From positions 1 through 27,214 of IMG/VR virus record IMGVR_UViG_3300025652_000424: a stretch of DNA of 27,214 bases. One strand, given 5' to 3'. Below the pieces are notes generated by a model. It saw only the letters and a list, made by a program, of their open reading frames with translations, was not told the origin of the DNA and did not search any database. How positions within the stretch are numbered: the stretch's first letter is position 1; each line of letters begins with the position of its first letter. The position numbers and the translations under genes are program-made. The stretch comes from a virus (taxonomy: Duplodnaviria > Caudoviricetes). Shown here in pieces: positions 1 to 8,018 of this stretch.

Positions 1-139
1 TAGCGAAGGCAACGAGCTAACTCCTGCTGTTTACGAGGAGGGTTATTTTGCCAACGTAAGATTACTCAGCGACGAGGACGGTGACTCACTGGAGCCGTTC
101 GCTGTTGAGCCTGAGCACCCGCAACGAGTCTGGGCCTGA
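1..139 (+). CDS. 3' end of a phage tail-associated protein (partial, runs off window start)
   Basis: Frame 2 reads SEGNELTPAVYEEGYFANVRLLSDEDGDSLEPFAVEPEHPQRVWA, TGA at 137-139. The 'G.F.NVR...P..P.RVWA' ending resembles small proteins found next to tail fibres. Confidence 0.6.
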   Translation, partial: SEGNELTPAVYEEGYFANVRLLSDEDGDSLEPFAVEPEHPQRVWA

Positions 140-142
140 GCT

Positions 143-253
143 ATGCCAAAAGTAGGAAAGAAAAAATACGCTTACACCAAAGCGGGTAAGGCATCAGCAG
201 CTAAAGCTAAAGCCAGAATGAAGAAGAAAAAATCCAAAGGAAGCAAGCGATGA
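143..253 (+). CDS. Small highly basic protein, 36 aa (MPKVGKKKYAYTKAGKASAAKAKARMKKKKSKGSKR); not in the ORF track
   Basis: ATG at 143 lies just after the upstream stop; TGA 251-253 overlaps the next ATG (ATGA), so it fills the gap exactly. It has no acidic residues. Confidence 0.75.
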   Translation: MPKVGKKKYAYTKAGKASAAKAKARMKKKKSKGSKR

Positions 254-462
254 CCAGCACGGATCTCGCTGAATACGGCAGGGTATTTGCGGCTGCCTTC
301 TTAGGCATCGCTGTAACCAACGAGACCTCCATTCTTAGGTTGCTTATAGCGTTTGCTACGCTCACTTATATGGTGGGTAAAGCAGCTCTTGTCTGGCATC
401 ACTACGTCAACGCCAGAAAAGGAAAGTGCAATGATAACAAAGACGGCGAAACAGATATTTAA
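250..462 (+). CDS. Small two-TM membrane protein, holin-like
   Basis: 70 aa with two hydrophobic segments (VFAAAFLGIAV; ILRLLIAFATLTYMVGKAALVW) and a charged C-terminus; ATGA-coupled to the upstream ORF. Confidence 0.5.
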   Translation: MTSTDLAEYGRVFAAAFLGIAVTNETSILRLLIAFATLTYMVGKAALVWHHYVNARKGKCNDNKDGETDI

Positions 463-958
463 AGAGGCCGCTGTCATTGCTGGTGCCGCTGCATGTCTCT
501 TTACTGGATGTGTAGGAATGCCTGAAATGCAGAGGCAGACAAATGCTACGACAGAAGTTAGTGAAAAGTGGTCGAGAGACCAGAATGAGAGGATCACTGC
601 TCTGTTCTCTGCGGCGCAGGGACACGATGGTCAGACTCGCGTTGACTGGACTGTTGACAATAATGAGCGCGGCAATGGCGACCAGTTTTCTTTATCTGCT
701 CTCGAGAACAGCCTTCCCGGGGGCGTTAGTCTGGTTTACTACGCAGTAGGAATACTACTGTTGTTTTGGGTTGCCAAAAGAATTGTTAACTCTAGCAATG
801 CTGTTAAGCTGACCCTATCGGCTGCTGACAATGCGATTGCTAAACAGATCAAGAAACTGGAAGGCAAATTGAACAGCAGAATCTCTGAGTCAGAAAGACT
901 GGATGTTGTGAGTATGCTCAGAGATCTGGAACACGAACGAGGCAAACTGCGAGGTTGA
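431..958 (+). CDS. Lipoprotein with an additional internal TM helix and a C-terminal coiled coil (spanin-like)
   Basis: Likely start is ATG 431 (MITKTAKQIF...). Lipobox-like LFTG|C with Cys at 509-511, TM VSLVYYAVGILLLFWVA at about 725-775, and a helical charged C-terminus. Confidence 0.55.
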   Translation: MITKTAKQIFKEAAVIAGAAACLFTGCVGMPEMQRQTNATTEVSEKWSRDQNERITALFSAAQGHDGQTRVDWTVDNNERGNGDQFSLSALENSLPGGVSLVYYAVGILLLFWVAKRIVNSSNAVKLTLSAADNAIAKQIKKLEGKLNSRISESERLDVVSMLRDLEHERGKLRG

Positions 959-961
959 TAT

Positions 962-1993
962 TTGAGAACAAAACGAGGTGTGGTGCGAGGAGTGGTGGAT
1001 GGCTACAGCAGCTATTCATTGCATTTAATAAGAGTCATTGAGGGACTCACTAAATTAGGCCGTGACATACACTGTTGGCCAGTGCGAAGCGAGGCAGGTA
1101 AGGCTCCTATACCGAGAGTGGTGATGGAGTCTGTTGTGCATAAGGAGCAGCAGGATGACTGGGAGATGATTGTTCATTGCCCATCGTTTAGTCCTACAGG
1201 AAAAAAGCAGCTTGTGTATAACACAATGTGGGAGAGCACGAGGCTTCACAAGGAGGCAGTGCTTAACTTGAATCAGGCAGATCTGATTGTTGTGCCGAGT
1301 GACTTTAATTTGTGCTTGTTTAATGCACAGGGAATCAGGAAGACGATGGTCAAGGTTCCTATGGGGATAGACACAGATGTCTTCCACTACAGGCCACAGA
1401 AACAGGGCTCTGAGTTTGTTTTTGGTGTAGCGGGAAGGACAGCGGCAGGAGGCTGCAGGAAAGGCTTTGAGGACGTTCTAAGGGCGTGGAAGAAAGCATT
1501 CCCTAAGAGGGTAAAAGATGTCAGGTTAAGCATTAAGTGTTTTCCCGATGACCCTGTAATGGATGTCGATGATGACAGAATAAGTTTTACTCGTCAGTTC
1601 TGGACAAGGAAAGATCTGGCTAACTGGTATGCAGGGCTTGATTGCTTTGTGAGTGCGTCGAAAGGCGAGGGATGGGGTCTCATGCAGCATGAGGCTATGG
1701 CCACAGGAAGGCCAGTCATTGCAGTTCCCTTCGGGGGAATTACAGAGTACTTTGATGAGTCAGTAGGTTACCCTGTTGACTTTGACTTGAGAGAGTCTGA
1801 GGCGCATTACTCTAATGGCGGTCTCTGGGCAGTCCCTAAACAGGACAGCCTTATAGACCGAATGAGGGAGGTCCGCAACGAGAGAGGTGTAGCAAAAGCG
1901 TTGAGAGCTTCAGAGCGAGGAATGAAGCTTAACTGGGAGAACAGCAATAAAAAGCTAGACTCAGTCTTAAGTAAAATTGGATTTTATACATGA
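962..1993 (+). CDS. GT-B fold glycosyltransferase (GT4 / Glycos_transf_1-like)
   Basis: Motifs GIDTDVF, RKGFEDVLRAW and DCFVSASKGEGWGLMQHEAMATGRPVI (E-x7-E nucleotide-sugar-binding signature); TTG start. Confidence 0.9.
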   Translation: MRTKRGVVRGVVDGYSSYSLHLIRVIEGLTKLGRDIHCWPVRSEAGKAPIPRVVMESVVHKEQQDDWEMIVHCPSFSPTGKKQLVYNTMWESTRLHKEAVLNLNQADLIVVPSDFNLCLFNAQGIRKTMVKVPMGIDTDVFHYRPQKQGSEFVFGVAGRTAAGGCRKGFEDVLRAWKKAFPKRVKDVRLSIKCFPDDPVMDVDDDRISFTRQFWTRKDLANWYAGLDCFVSASKGEGWGLMQHEAMATGRPVIAVPFGGITEYFDESVGYPVDFDLRESEAHYSNGGLWAVPKQDSLIDRMREVRNERGVAKALRASERGMKLNWENSNKKLDSVLSKIGFYT

Positions 1994-4230
1994 GAGAAGA
2001 CAGAAACTACACCGCCAACGATGACCCGCCAATTACGGCAGGGGACAACGGATTTGTAGGTGTAGACATGAGGCAGCAGCCTCATATGCTTCCCGCTGGA
2101 TTAGTTTCAGAAGCTGTCAATGCTCGCTTCCGCTACGGAGTAGCAGAGCCCCGTAAGGGAGTCATGCCGCTTACGTGGTTTAACCGTTACGGTTTTGAGT
2201 GGCCTATTGAATGGGGAGAGGGCGATATAAACTGGTCAAGACAGATCAGCACAACTCTAGGTCAAGTCTACGGAGTAGGAGTCTGGAATGACCCTAACGG
2301 AAATGACTGGATCTTGATCGCGGCCTCGCTTGAGGGAACCACAATCTCTCTCTATCGAGCACGATACGGGAACAATATTGAGCCTATCCCCTGCAGCGTT
2401 GGGTTAACTGTCCCCACATCAGACTTCACCAGCGATAACACAGTATCGAAATACTGGTTTACTCAGGCATTTGATAAAGTCATTCTCTCAAGGGGGCCAG
2501 ATGAAAAGCATCTTGTATTGTCCTCGTTCGAGGAAGGGTTTGTGGAGGCTCCTGACGCAGATGATGGCACTGACTCAATACCTAATTCAGATACTACTTT
2601 ATTCTTCAAGAATAGACTTCTAGTCCCGCATAGACCCGGCGCAGGATACAAGGCCGATCACGTAGCTGTTTCGGACATTCTTTCTTACACTAACTACGAT
2701 CCTGTCTACTCTTCATTCAAGATCAATCAAGGAGACAGTGACAATATTCGGAGGATCTTTAAGTTCAATGACACAACAGTTGTTATTTTCAAAGATACCA
2801 GCATCTACACCGTCTCAAATCTCGTAGGAGACAACTGGGGAACAAGTGCTGTCCTAGATCAAGTCACAACAGAATACGGACTTGTAGGGACAAGGTCTGT
2901 AGCAAGCGCAGGGAATGACCTGTGGTTCCTTTCCCAGCGTGGCGTGGTTAGTTTAATACTGACAGAGCAAAACAAGCTGCAAGGCGTATCAGAGCCGCAG
3001 AGCACAGCTATACAGCCAATCATTGACAGGATTGATTTCAGGGTTGCCAAAGAGACAGCCTCTGCAGCTTACTGGCGCAACAGATACTACCTAAGTGTCC
3101 CCATTGACGGCGGCCAGCAGAACAATGCCGTGCTTGTCTATGATTTCATTAATCAAGCGTGGTCAGGCTACGACACGGGAGACGCAATAAAGATTAAATA
3201 TTTATTTGTGGCAGACTTTCAGGGATCGGAGCATCTCTACTACGTGGACTATGACGGCATCGTTGGCCTCTATGAATACGCGGAGCAGGAAGGCAGGCCG
3301 ATTGTTCAAGGCACTTACACATGTGACCTTGTAGTCAAGGGTCATGTTCAAGACGGAACTAAAGTCACAGTCAATAACGGCACAACAATTCGTGCTACTC
3401 GCAAGCGTGAAGTAGTTGATGACGCTGACGCAGAAATAACTGATGACGGAGGACTGGAGATTATCGAGCCACTCACGGTTAACACAAACGATCCTGAGGA
3501 CGGTTGGCTGTGGGGAGTTGGTGATGAGCAACAGGCAGATCATTGCGAGGTCGCGGGAGCAAACCTGTTCACAGGATTCACGCAGGACGGATGGTATTCA
3601 GAAAATACAACAGACACAGACAATGGCTGTGGAGTTCATTTCGAGAGCACTTCACCAATTCTCGTGAGCATCAAGGATCCCTTTGGCAATGTGGATCCGT
3701 ATCTGCAGGCTATATGCTCTGACACAATTAAGATCGAAGACAGGCCGATAGCTTTCATGATTAAAACCAGAGGCTATGGATTTGAGGCAGGCAACAGGAG
3801 GCGCTTCCAGCAGGCGCAAGTATTCATCTCAACGTGGGATCCAGAATACAAGGTCACAGGGATTGTGGACGGTGTAAAAGAAGAGTCTGTCATAGTCAAC
3901 AATGCCAGCTACACCAGAACCAAATACATGACCTTTGCAATGAGTGATTGGGACATCCAGAATCTGGATGACTCTCACGAAGCTCCCGGCAAGGAGGACT
4001 ACTCAGTCATTCTAGATACAGAGAGCGCAGACCCGGGGACAGTGCTGGGAACAGCAGGCACTCAGCTTGACCTTTACCAATACTGGACTCACAAAATGCG
4101 AGTTGACAGGAGAGGCGCTTACTTTCAAGTCAAGATTGAAGGAATCAACGGGAGAGTCAGGCTTCACAGCGTGACATCAGGAGCAACGCCGGGACAGAGG
4201 CGAGAAGGAACACACGCAGGACTTTGGTAA
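1990..4230 (+). CDS. Podovirus tail nozzle / tail tubular protein B-like protein (P22 gp10/T7 gp12 position), beta-propeller-like
   Basis: 746 aa, beta-rich, with blade-like motifs (VVIFKDTSIY, GLVGTRSVASAGNDLWFLSQRGV, YWRNRYYLSVP, VLVYDF...WS) and a C-terminal RGAYFQVKIE; lies upstream of the fibres and ejection proteins. Confidence 0.7.
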   Translation: MREDRNYTANDDPPITAGDNGFVGVDMRQQPHMLPAGLVSEAVNARFRYGVAEPRKGVMPLTWFNRYGFEWPIEWGEGDINWSRQISTTLGQVYGVGVWNDPNGNDWILIAASLEGTTISLYRARYGNNIEPIPCSVGLTVPTSDFTSDNTVSKYWFTQAFDKVILSRGPDEKHLVLSSFEEGFVEAPDADDGTDSIPNSDTTLFFKNRLLVPHRPGAGYKADHVAVSDILSYTNYDPVYSSFKINQGDSDNIRRIFKFNDTTVVIFKDTSIYTVSNLVGDNWGTSAVLDQVTTEYGLVGTRSVASAGNDLWFLSQRGVVSLILTEQNKLQGVSEPQSTAIQPIIDRIDFRVAKETASAAYWRNRYYLSVPIDGGQQNNAVLVYDFINQAWSGYDTGDAIKIKYLFVADFQGSEHLYYVDYDGIVGLYEYAEQEGRPIVQGTYTCDLVVKGHVQDGTKVTVNNGTTIRATRKREVVDDADAEITDDGGLEIIEPLTVNTNDPEDGWLWGVGDEQQADHCEVAGANLFTGFTQDGWYSENTTDTDNGCGVHFESTSPILVSIKDPFGNVDPYLQAICSDTIKIEDRPIAFMIKTRGYGFEAGNRRRFQQAQVFISTWDPEYKVTGIVDGVKEESVIVNNASYTRTKYMTFAMSDWDIQNLDDSHEAPGKEDYSVILDTESADPGTVLGTAGTQLDLYQYWTHKMRVDRRGAYFQVKIEGINGRVRLHSVTSGATPGQRREGTHAGLW

Positions 4231-4236
4231 AAGATT

Positions 4237-5253
4237 ATGCCAGATAGCACATCAAACTTTGTAGTGGACGCAGTCAATGGGCCGATACCTTCGGACTCAG
4301 TTACTCGCGCAGAATTCATCACTGCTCTTGAGCAGCTTAACTATGCGAATGGTAACATTCGTTCAATCGATAACCTGAGCGGGACTGCAGGACTTGTATC
4401 AATTGACGGCAGCGGGGCCGCCAACGTCAGGAGTATTACAGGAGCTACAGGGCTCACAGTCGCAAACGGAGACGGAAGCGGAAACCCTGAGGTATCCCTG
4501 AACGCTCCACACACTTTCAGGCAGACCTACAATGACACCAGCAGCAATACTGTCAGCGACACTAAGCTCTACAACATCATAAGCAGTGCTTCAGGTTCTC
4601 CGTTTGCTTTACCACAGCCAGCTTCAGGATACGTTACTGTTAAGAATATAGTAAACGCATCTGCGGCTGTAGTAGTAATAACTAGTAGTGACTGGGGTCC
4701 AGCAGGGATCAGCACTGTAAGCATTAGCCCCGGCGAAACTCTGACAGTAATAAGCAATGTCGCCCAGAAATGGTATCCGCAGAATGTGCTGTCTGAGACA
4801 AATCCTGTTGGCGCGATTTACGCCTCATCTTCTTCAGCTCTACCTTTGACAGCAATTTTTCAAGCTCTCACTGTAACCACAGCACTTCACGGAAATTCGG
4901 TTGACTTCGACATGCCTGCCAGCAAGCAATTAAGGTATACAGGATTGCAACCTGTAAACGCTCAATTTCATGCTTCAATAACATGCCAGTCATCTTCGAC
5001 TAACGAAAATGTCGCTTTCTGCTTCAGCAAGCACGATGCTTCAGCGGCCAGCTCTAGTGACATAGTTCAGTCACAGCAAGAAATACGTTTCACTCATTCA
5101 GGTAACCCTGTGTCAGTTTCATTGGTTTTGAATGTCGAAATGCATCAAAACGATTATGTTTACATTTCCGCGAAAGGAGATGGGACAGCGTATGATTTAA
5201 CGCCAGACGATTTTTACATGTCAGCATCTGGCCACAAAATAATAACAGCTTAA
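4237..5253 (+). CDS. Tail fibre/appendage protein with a C-terminal C1q/TNF-like jelly-roll head
   Basis: S/T/G/N-rich shaft (VRSITGATGLTVANGDGSGNP); C-terminal pattern LRYTG...FHASIT...VSVSLVLNVEMHQNDYVYIS is typical of C1q/BclA-like trimeric heads. Confidence 0.55.
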   Translation: MPDSTSNFVVDAVNGPIPSDSVTRAEFITALEQLNYANGNIRSIDNLSGTAGLVSIDGSGAANVRSITGATGLTVANGDGSGNPEVSLNAPHTFRQTYNDTSSNTVSDTKLYNIISSASGSPFALPQPASGYVTVKNIVNASAAVVVITSSDWGPAGISTVSISPGETLTVISNVAQKWYPQNVLSETNPVGAIYASSSSALPLTAIFQALTVTTALHGNSVDFDMPASKQLRYTGLQPVNAQFHASITCQSSSTNENVAFCFSKHDASAASSSDIVQSQQEIRFTHSGNPVSVSLVLNVEMHQNDYVYISAKGDGTAYDLTPDDFYMSASGHKIITA

Positions 5254-5257
5254 TATT

Positions 5258-6535
5258 ATGCCACTATCAGTTAACGTAGGCGTGGGATACAATTTCTCAG
5301 CCGGAGAAAAAGTCACCTACACTAAGCTCAACGCGCTTGGGGCTCCCGCAATAAACTTCACAGGATCGATTGATTCCAATCAGATCACAGACGGGGCTGT
5401 GCTTACGTCAAAGCTGGAGCAGGGCATCGACATCAACAGCAAGATCAGTGATCACAATCTCAACCTGACTAAGTTAGAGGCTGGGACTCAAGGGCAGATT
5501 CTGTATTACGACACTAACGGCGACCTTGTTAAATTGCCCCCGGGATCTGACGGTCAATTCCTCAGAACTAAAGGAGCATCCGCTGCCCCAGAGTGGTCAG
5601 CTCAAGGAGGATTATCGACGCTTAGTTACGAGGATATTACTACAGACGGAAATGACAAATACCTAACCACAGATTCCACTGGGAGTGTGGTATGGATAAA
5701 CAAACCAGTCACAACATCAGTTTCTTCTTACACCTCCTCAAATATTGACGCAATAAGATCCGCTGGTTTCCAAACGATCTCTGTAGGATTTGTTCCAGAG
5801 CACATCCGAGTTACGATGTTTTGCCAGACAACTGACGCATCCACTGGCTACCAGCAAAACGATGAGTTTGAGATAGGTCATAACTTTTGGAGTCAGACAG
5901 GCGAAAACCGCAATGGCGTTAATGTCATATTCGATTTCTCAAGCAACAGTGTTAGGCTTCAGCTAGAGTCTGCATTTGCGAGCCCTGAAAATTTCCGCAT
6001 AATGCATAAGACTAGCGGAGCTTCCGTAGATTGCGATGAAAGCATTCTTCAGCACTTCGTGTTTAAAGTTCGCGCGTGGGAGTCCGGTTTTTCTAGCTCG
6101 GGAAATAGCGGAGGAGCACTAACGAGTGAGCCCGGGTACTATTTCTCAGCGACATCTCCGCAAGCTTCAAGTTACTATATTTTTGGGACAACCGCATCAG
6201 AAAGATCTGTCGCATTCGACCATCAACTAGGAAGTGTTCCCAAACTTGTGCGAGCAGTATTTGTGGCGACAGAAGAGATCAGCGAGTTAGGCCTTTCGGC
6301 TCAGGATGAAGTTGATGTATCACAATTTTTGATTTCATTTGGGGGGGGTTCTCAGTGGCATCCACTGCAAATAAAATCGACACCCTCGCAGGTCTCTCTT
6401 GTTAACTCGCTAGGCGTCCCGGGAAGACTTCTTCCTGAATTCTCTTATTTAACAAATAGCAGCAATGGTCAGCTTACGATTTTAACAGATGCTATGGCCA
6501 GCAAAATGAAACTGAAAATTTACGCTTGGAAGTAA
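5258..6535 (+). CDS. Tail fibre / receptor-binding protein
   Basis: N-terminal virion-attachment-like segment, shaft motifs (ITDGAVLTSKL, GQILYYD...LPPGSDGQFL...PEW) and two related C-terminal beta domains (VGFVPEHIRVTMFC...DEF; HQLGSVPKLVRAVFVA...DEV). Confidence 0.65.
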   Translation: MPLSVNVGVGYNFSAGEKVTYTKLNALGAPAINFTGSIDSNQITDGAVLTSKLEQGIDINSKISDHNLNLTKLEAGTQGQILYYDTNGDLVKLPPGSDGQFLRTKGASAAPEWSAQGGLSTLSYEDITTDGNDKYLTTDSTGSVVWINKPVTTSVSSYTSSNIDAIRSAGFQTISVGFVPEHIRVTMFCQTTDASTGYQQNDEFEIGHNFWSQTGENRNGVNVIFDFSSNSVRLQLESAFASPENFRIMHKTSGASVDCDESILQHFVFKVRAWESGFSSSGNSGGALTSEPGYYFSATSPQASSYYIFGTTASERSVAFDHQLGSVPKLVRAVFVATEEISELGLSAQDEVDVSQFLISFGGGSQWHPLQIKSTPSQVSLVNSLGVPGRLLPEFSYLTNSSNGQLTILTDAMASKMKLKIYAWK

Positions 6536-6537
6536 GT

Positions 6538-6975
6538 ATGCACTTCGACCACTCCATAAAAGAAGACTTCATGCGTCTGACTCATAACAATGAGCAGGCG
6601 TGGTTGTTCGTGGAGACATTCGCTACAAGGTCTCATGACATTGATGACTTCATTGATGGCGATAAGAAGATAAATGACGAGGATGTGATCAAGGCTGAGA
6701 TGGACTGGATGGTCACACTCACAAGCAATCAATTCTACATATCCAACAGCAGCTTTCTTCTCCCCCTAATTATCATGAGCTGCAATGCGTGGCTTGATGC
6801 GAACAAGTGGGAGCTGTCAAACGTAGAAGTAAAGAGAGCACACTCCGATGTGCTCAAGAGTCAATATCACGAGGTTATATTTGCAACCGTTTACCTGTGC
6901 GGCGGCTGGAATGCGATGAGAGAATTCACAAAACTACACAGGCAATACCAGACAGACAATTATGGGACTATATAG
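6538..6975 (+). CDS. Small all-alpha protein with a DDxxD motif (class I isoprenoid synthase/prenyltransferase-like)
   Basis: ATG at 6538 immediately follows the upstream TAA. HDIDDFIDGD (DDxxD at 6643-6657) sits at the end of a predicted helix; the sequence looks helical throughout. Confidence 0.55.
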   Translation: MHFDHSIKEDFMRLTHNNEQAWLFVETFATRSHDIDDFIDGDKKINDEDVIKAEMDWMVTLTSNQFYISNSSFLLPLIIMSCNAWLDANKWELSNVEVKRAHSDVLKSQYHEVIFATVYLCGGWNAMREFTKLHRQYQTDNYGTI

Positions 6976-8014
6976 CGCAGACGCTCCTCCCCCACGGGAT
7001 TACGCGAAAGAAACAAGAGACACTTTGCAGGCGCAGGTAGACCTCGCACCAGAGCTCTACGCTGCAGAGGCTAGTCAAGAATACGGCAGGCCAGCAGAGG
7101 CAAGGCTGAACCTTGAGATCCTTCGGGATGTCATGAGAGGTAGTCAAGGGACTCCCGGTCTTCTTGAGCTCTATGAGCAGGACATAATGCCCGGGCTCGC
7201 CAGAGCCGATGTAGCTGGTCTTGATGTCTCAAGGGAAGGCGATATAGCAGCAGTCGAAAGGCTAGGCCCTAGAGCCACTGAGGCCTTCAGGCAAGCCAAC
7301 CCAGAGCAGGCCGCATTAATGGCAGAGCTTAACAGGCAGGCTCAATCTGATCTGTCCGCAGGAGCAGGGCTACCACCATCACTGTCTCGTGAGCTTGATC
7401 AGTTCATTCGTGGAGCCCAGTCTGACCGTGGTATGGGCTACGGAATGGCAGACCTAGGTCAGGAAGCTCTTATTAAAGGAATGAACGCAGAGCAACTTCA
7501 GCGCAACCGTCGATCATTCGCTTCTCAGGTGGTAGGTCTTAATGCTGCTACTTCAGCAGATCCGTTTATGGCTATTCTCGGTAAGCCCGGTGTAGGTATG
7601 GGAGCAGCTCAAGGGTTTGCAGCGCAAGGTCAAGGTATGGTCCCACAGCAATCGTTTAACCCTGAATCAGCATACGCGGGAAGTCTTGCCGCTGGTAACT
7701 ACAATGCAGAGCTCAATGCGAACATTGCATCTGCCAATGCGCGCGCTGCCGTTGCCAGTGGAGCTATGAAGTCTATGGGGTCAATAACATCAGCTATGAT
7801 AACCAAATGCTGGGTGGCTCGAGAAGTCTATGGAGCGAATAACCCAATGTGGCTACTGTTCAGGAACTGGCTTGAAACGCAATCACCAGTCTGGTTCCAC
7901 GATCTCTACGTCAAATACGGCCAACGATTCGCTGGCTGGCTATCTAAGAATGAATGGTTGAAGCCTTCCATCAAGAAGTGGATGGACTCACGCATTAAGA
8001 AACTGATCGCATAA
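6962..8014 (+). CDS. Internal virion / DNA ejection (pilot-type) protein with a C-terminal CFI-box-like domain
   Basis: MG start, PPPRDY, A/Q/G-rich helical body and a hydrophobic Ala/Gly segment, then CWVAREVYG...FRNWL...LYVKYGQRFA...LKP.IKKWM at 7808-8014; ejection-module position. Confidence 0.65.
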   Translation: MGLYSADAPPPRDYAKETRDTLQAQVDLAPELYAAEASQEYGRPAEARLNLEILRDVMRGSQGTPGLLELYEQDIMPGLARADVAGLDVSREGDIAAVERLGPRATEAFRQANPEQAALMAELNRQAQSDLSAGAGLPPSLSRELDQFIRGAQSDRGMGYGMADLGQEALIKGMNAEQLQRNRRSFASQVVGLNAATSADPFMAILGKPGVGMGAAQGFAAQGQGMVPQQSFNPESAYAGSLAAGNYNAELNANIASANARAAVASGAMKSMGSITSAMITKCWVAREVYGANNPMWLLFRNWLETQSPVWFHDLYVKYGQRFAGWLSKNEWLKPSIKKWMDSRIKKLIA

Positions 8015-8018
8015 CACT

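Noticed and set aside
353-430. Longer N-termini given in the ORF track (353, 6526, 16966, 20152, 23172, 23656)
   Set aside because: They overlap upstream genes more than needed; downstream ATGs (431, 6538, 16900, 20164, 23205, 23710) fit gene packing and domain starts better.
4237-6535. Diversity-generating retroelement or invertible tail-fibre system
   Set aside because: No reverse transcriptase, invertase, template/variable repeat pair or flanking inverted repeats seen.
7808-8014. Intein/Hint domain suggested by the Cys-initiated C-terminal domain
   Set aside because: Only 68 aa, apparently helical, with no TxxH block or terminal HN.
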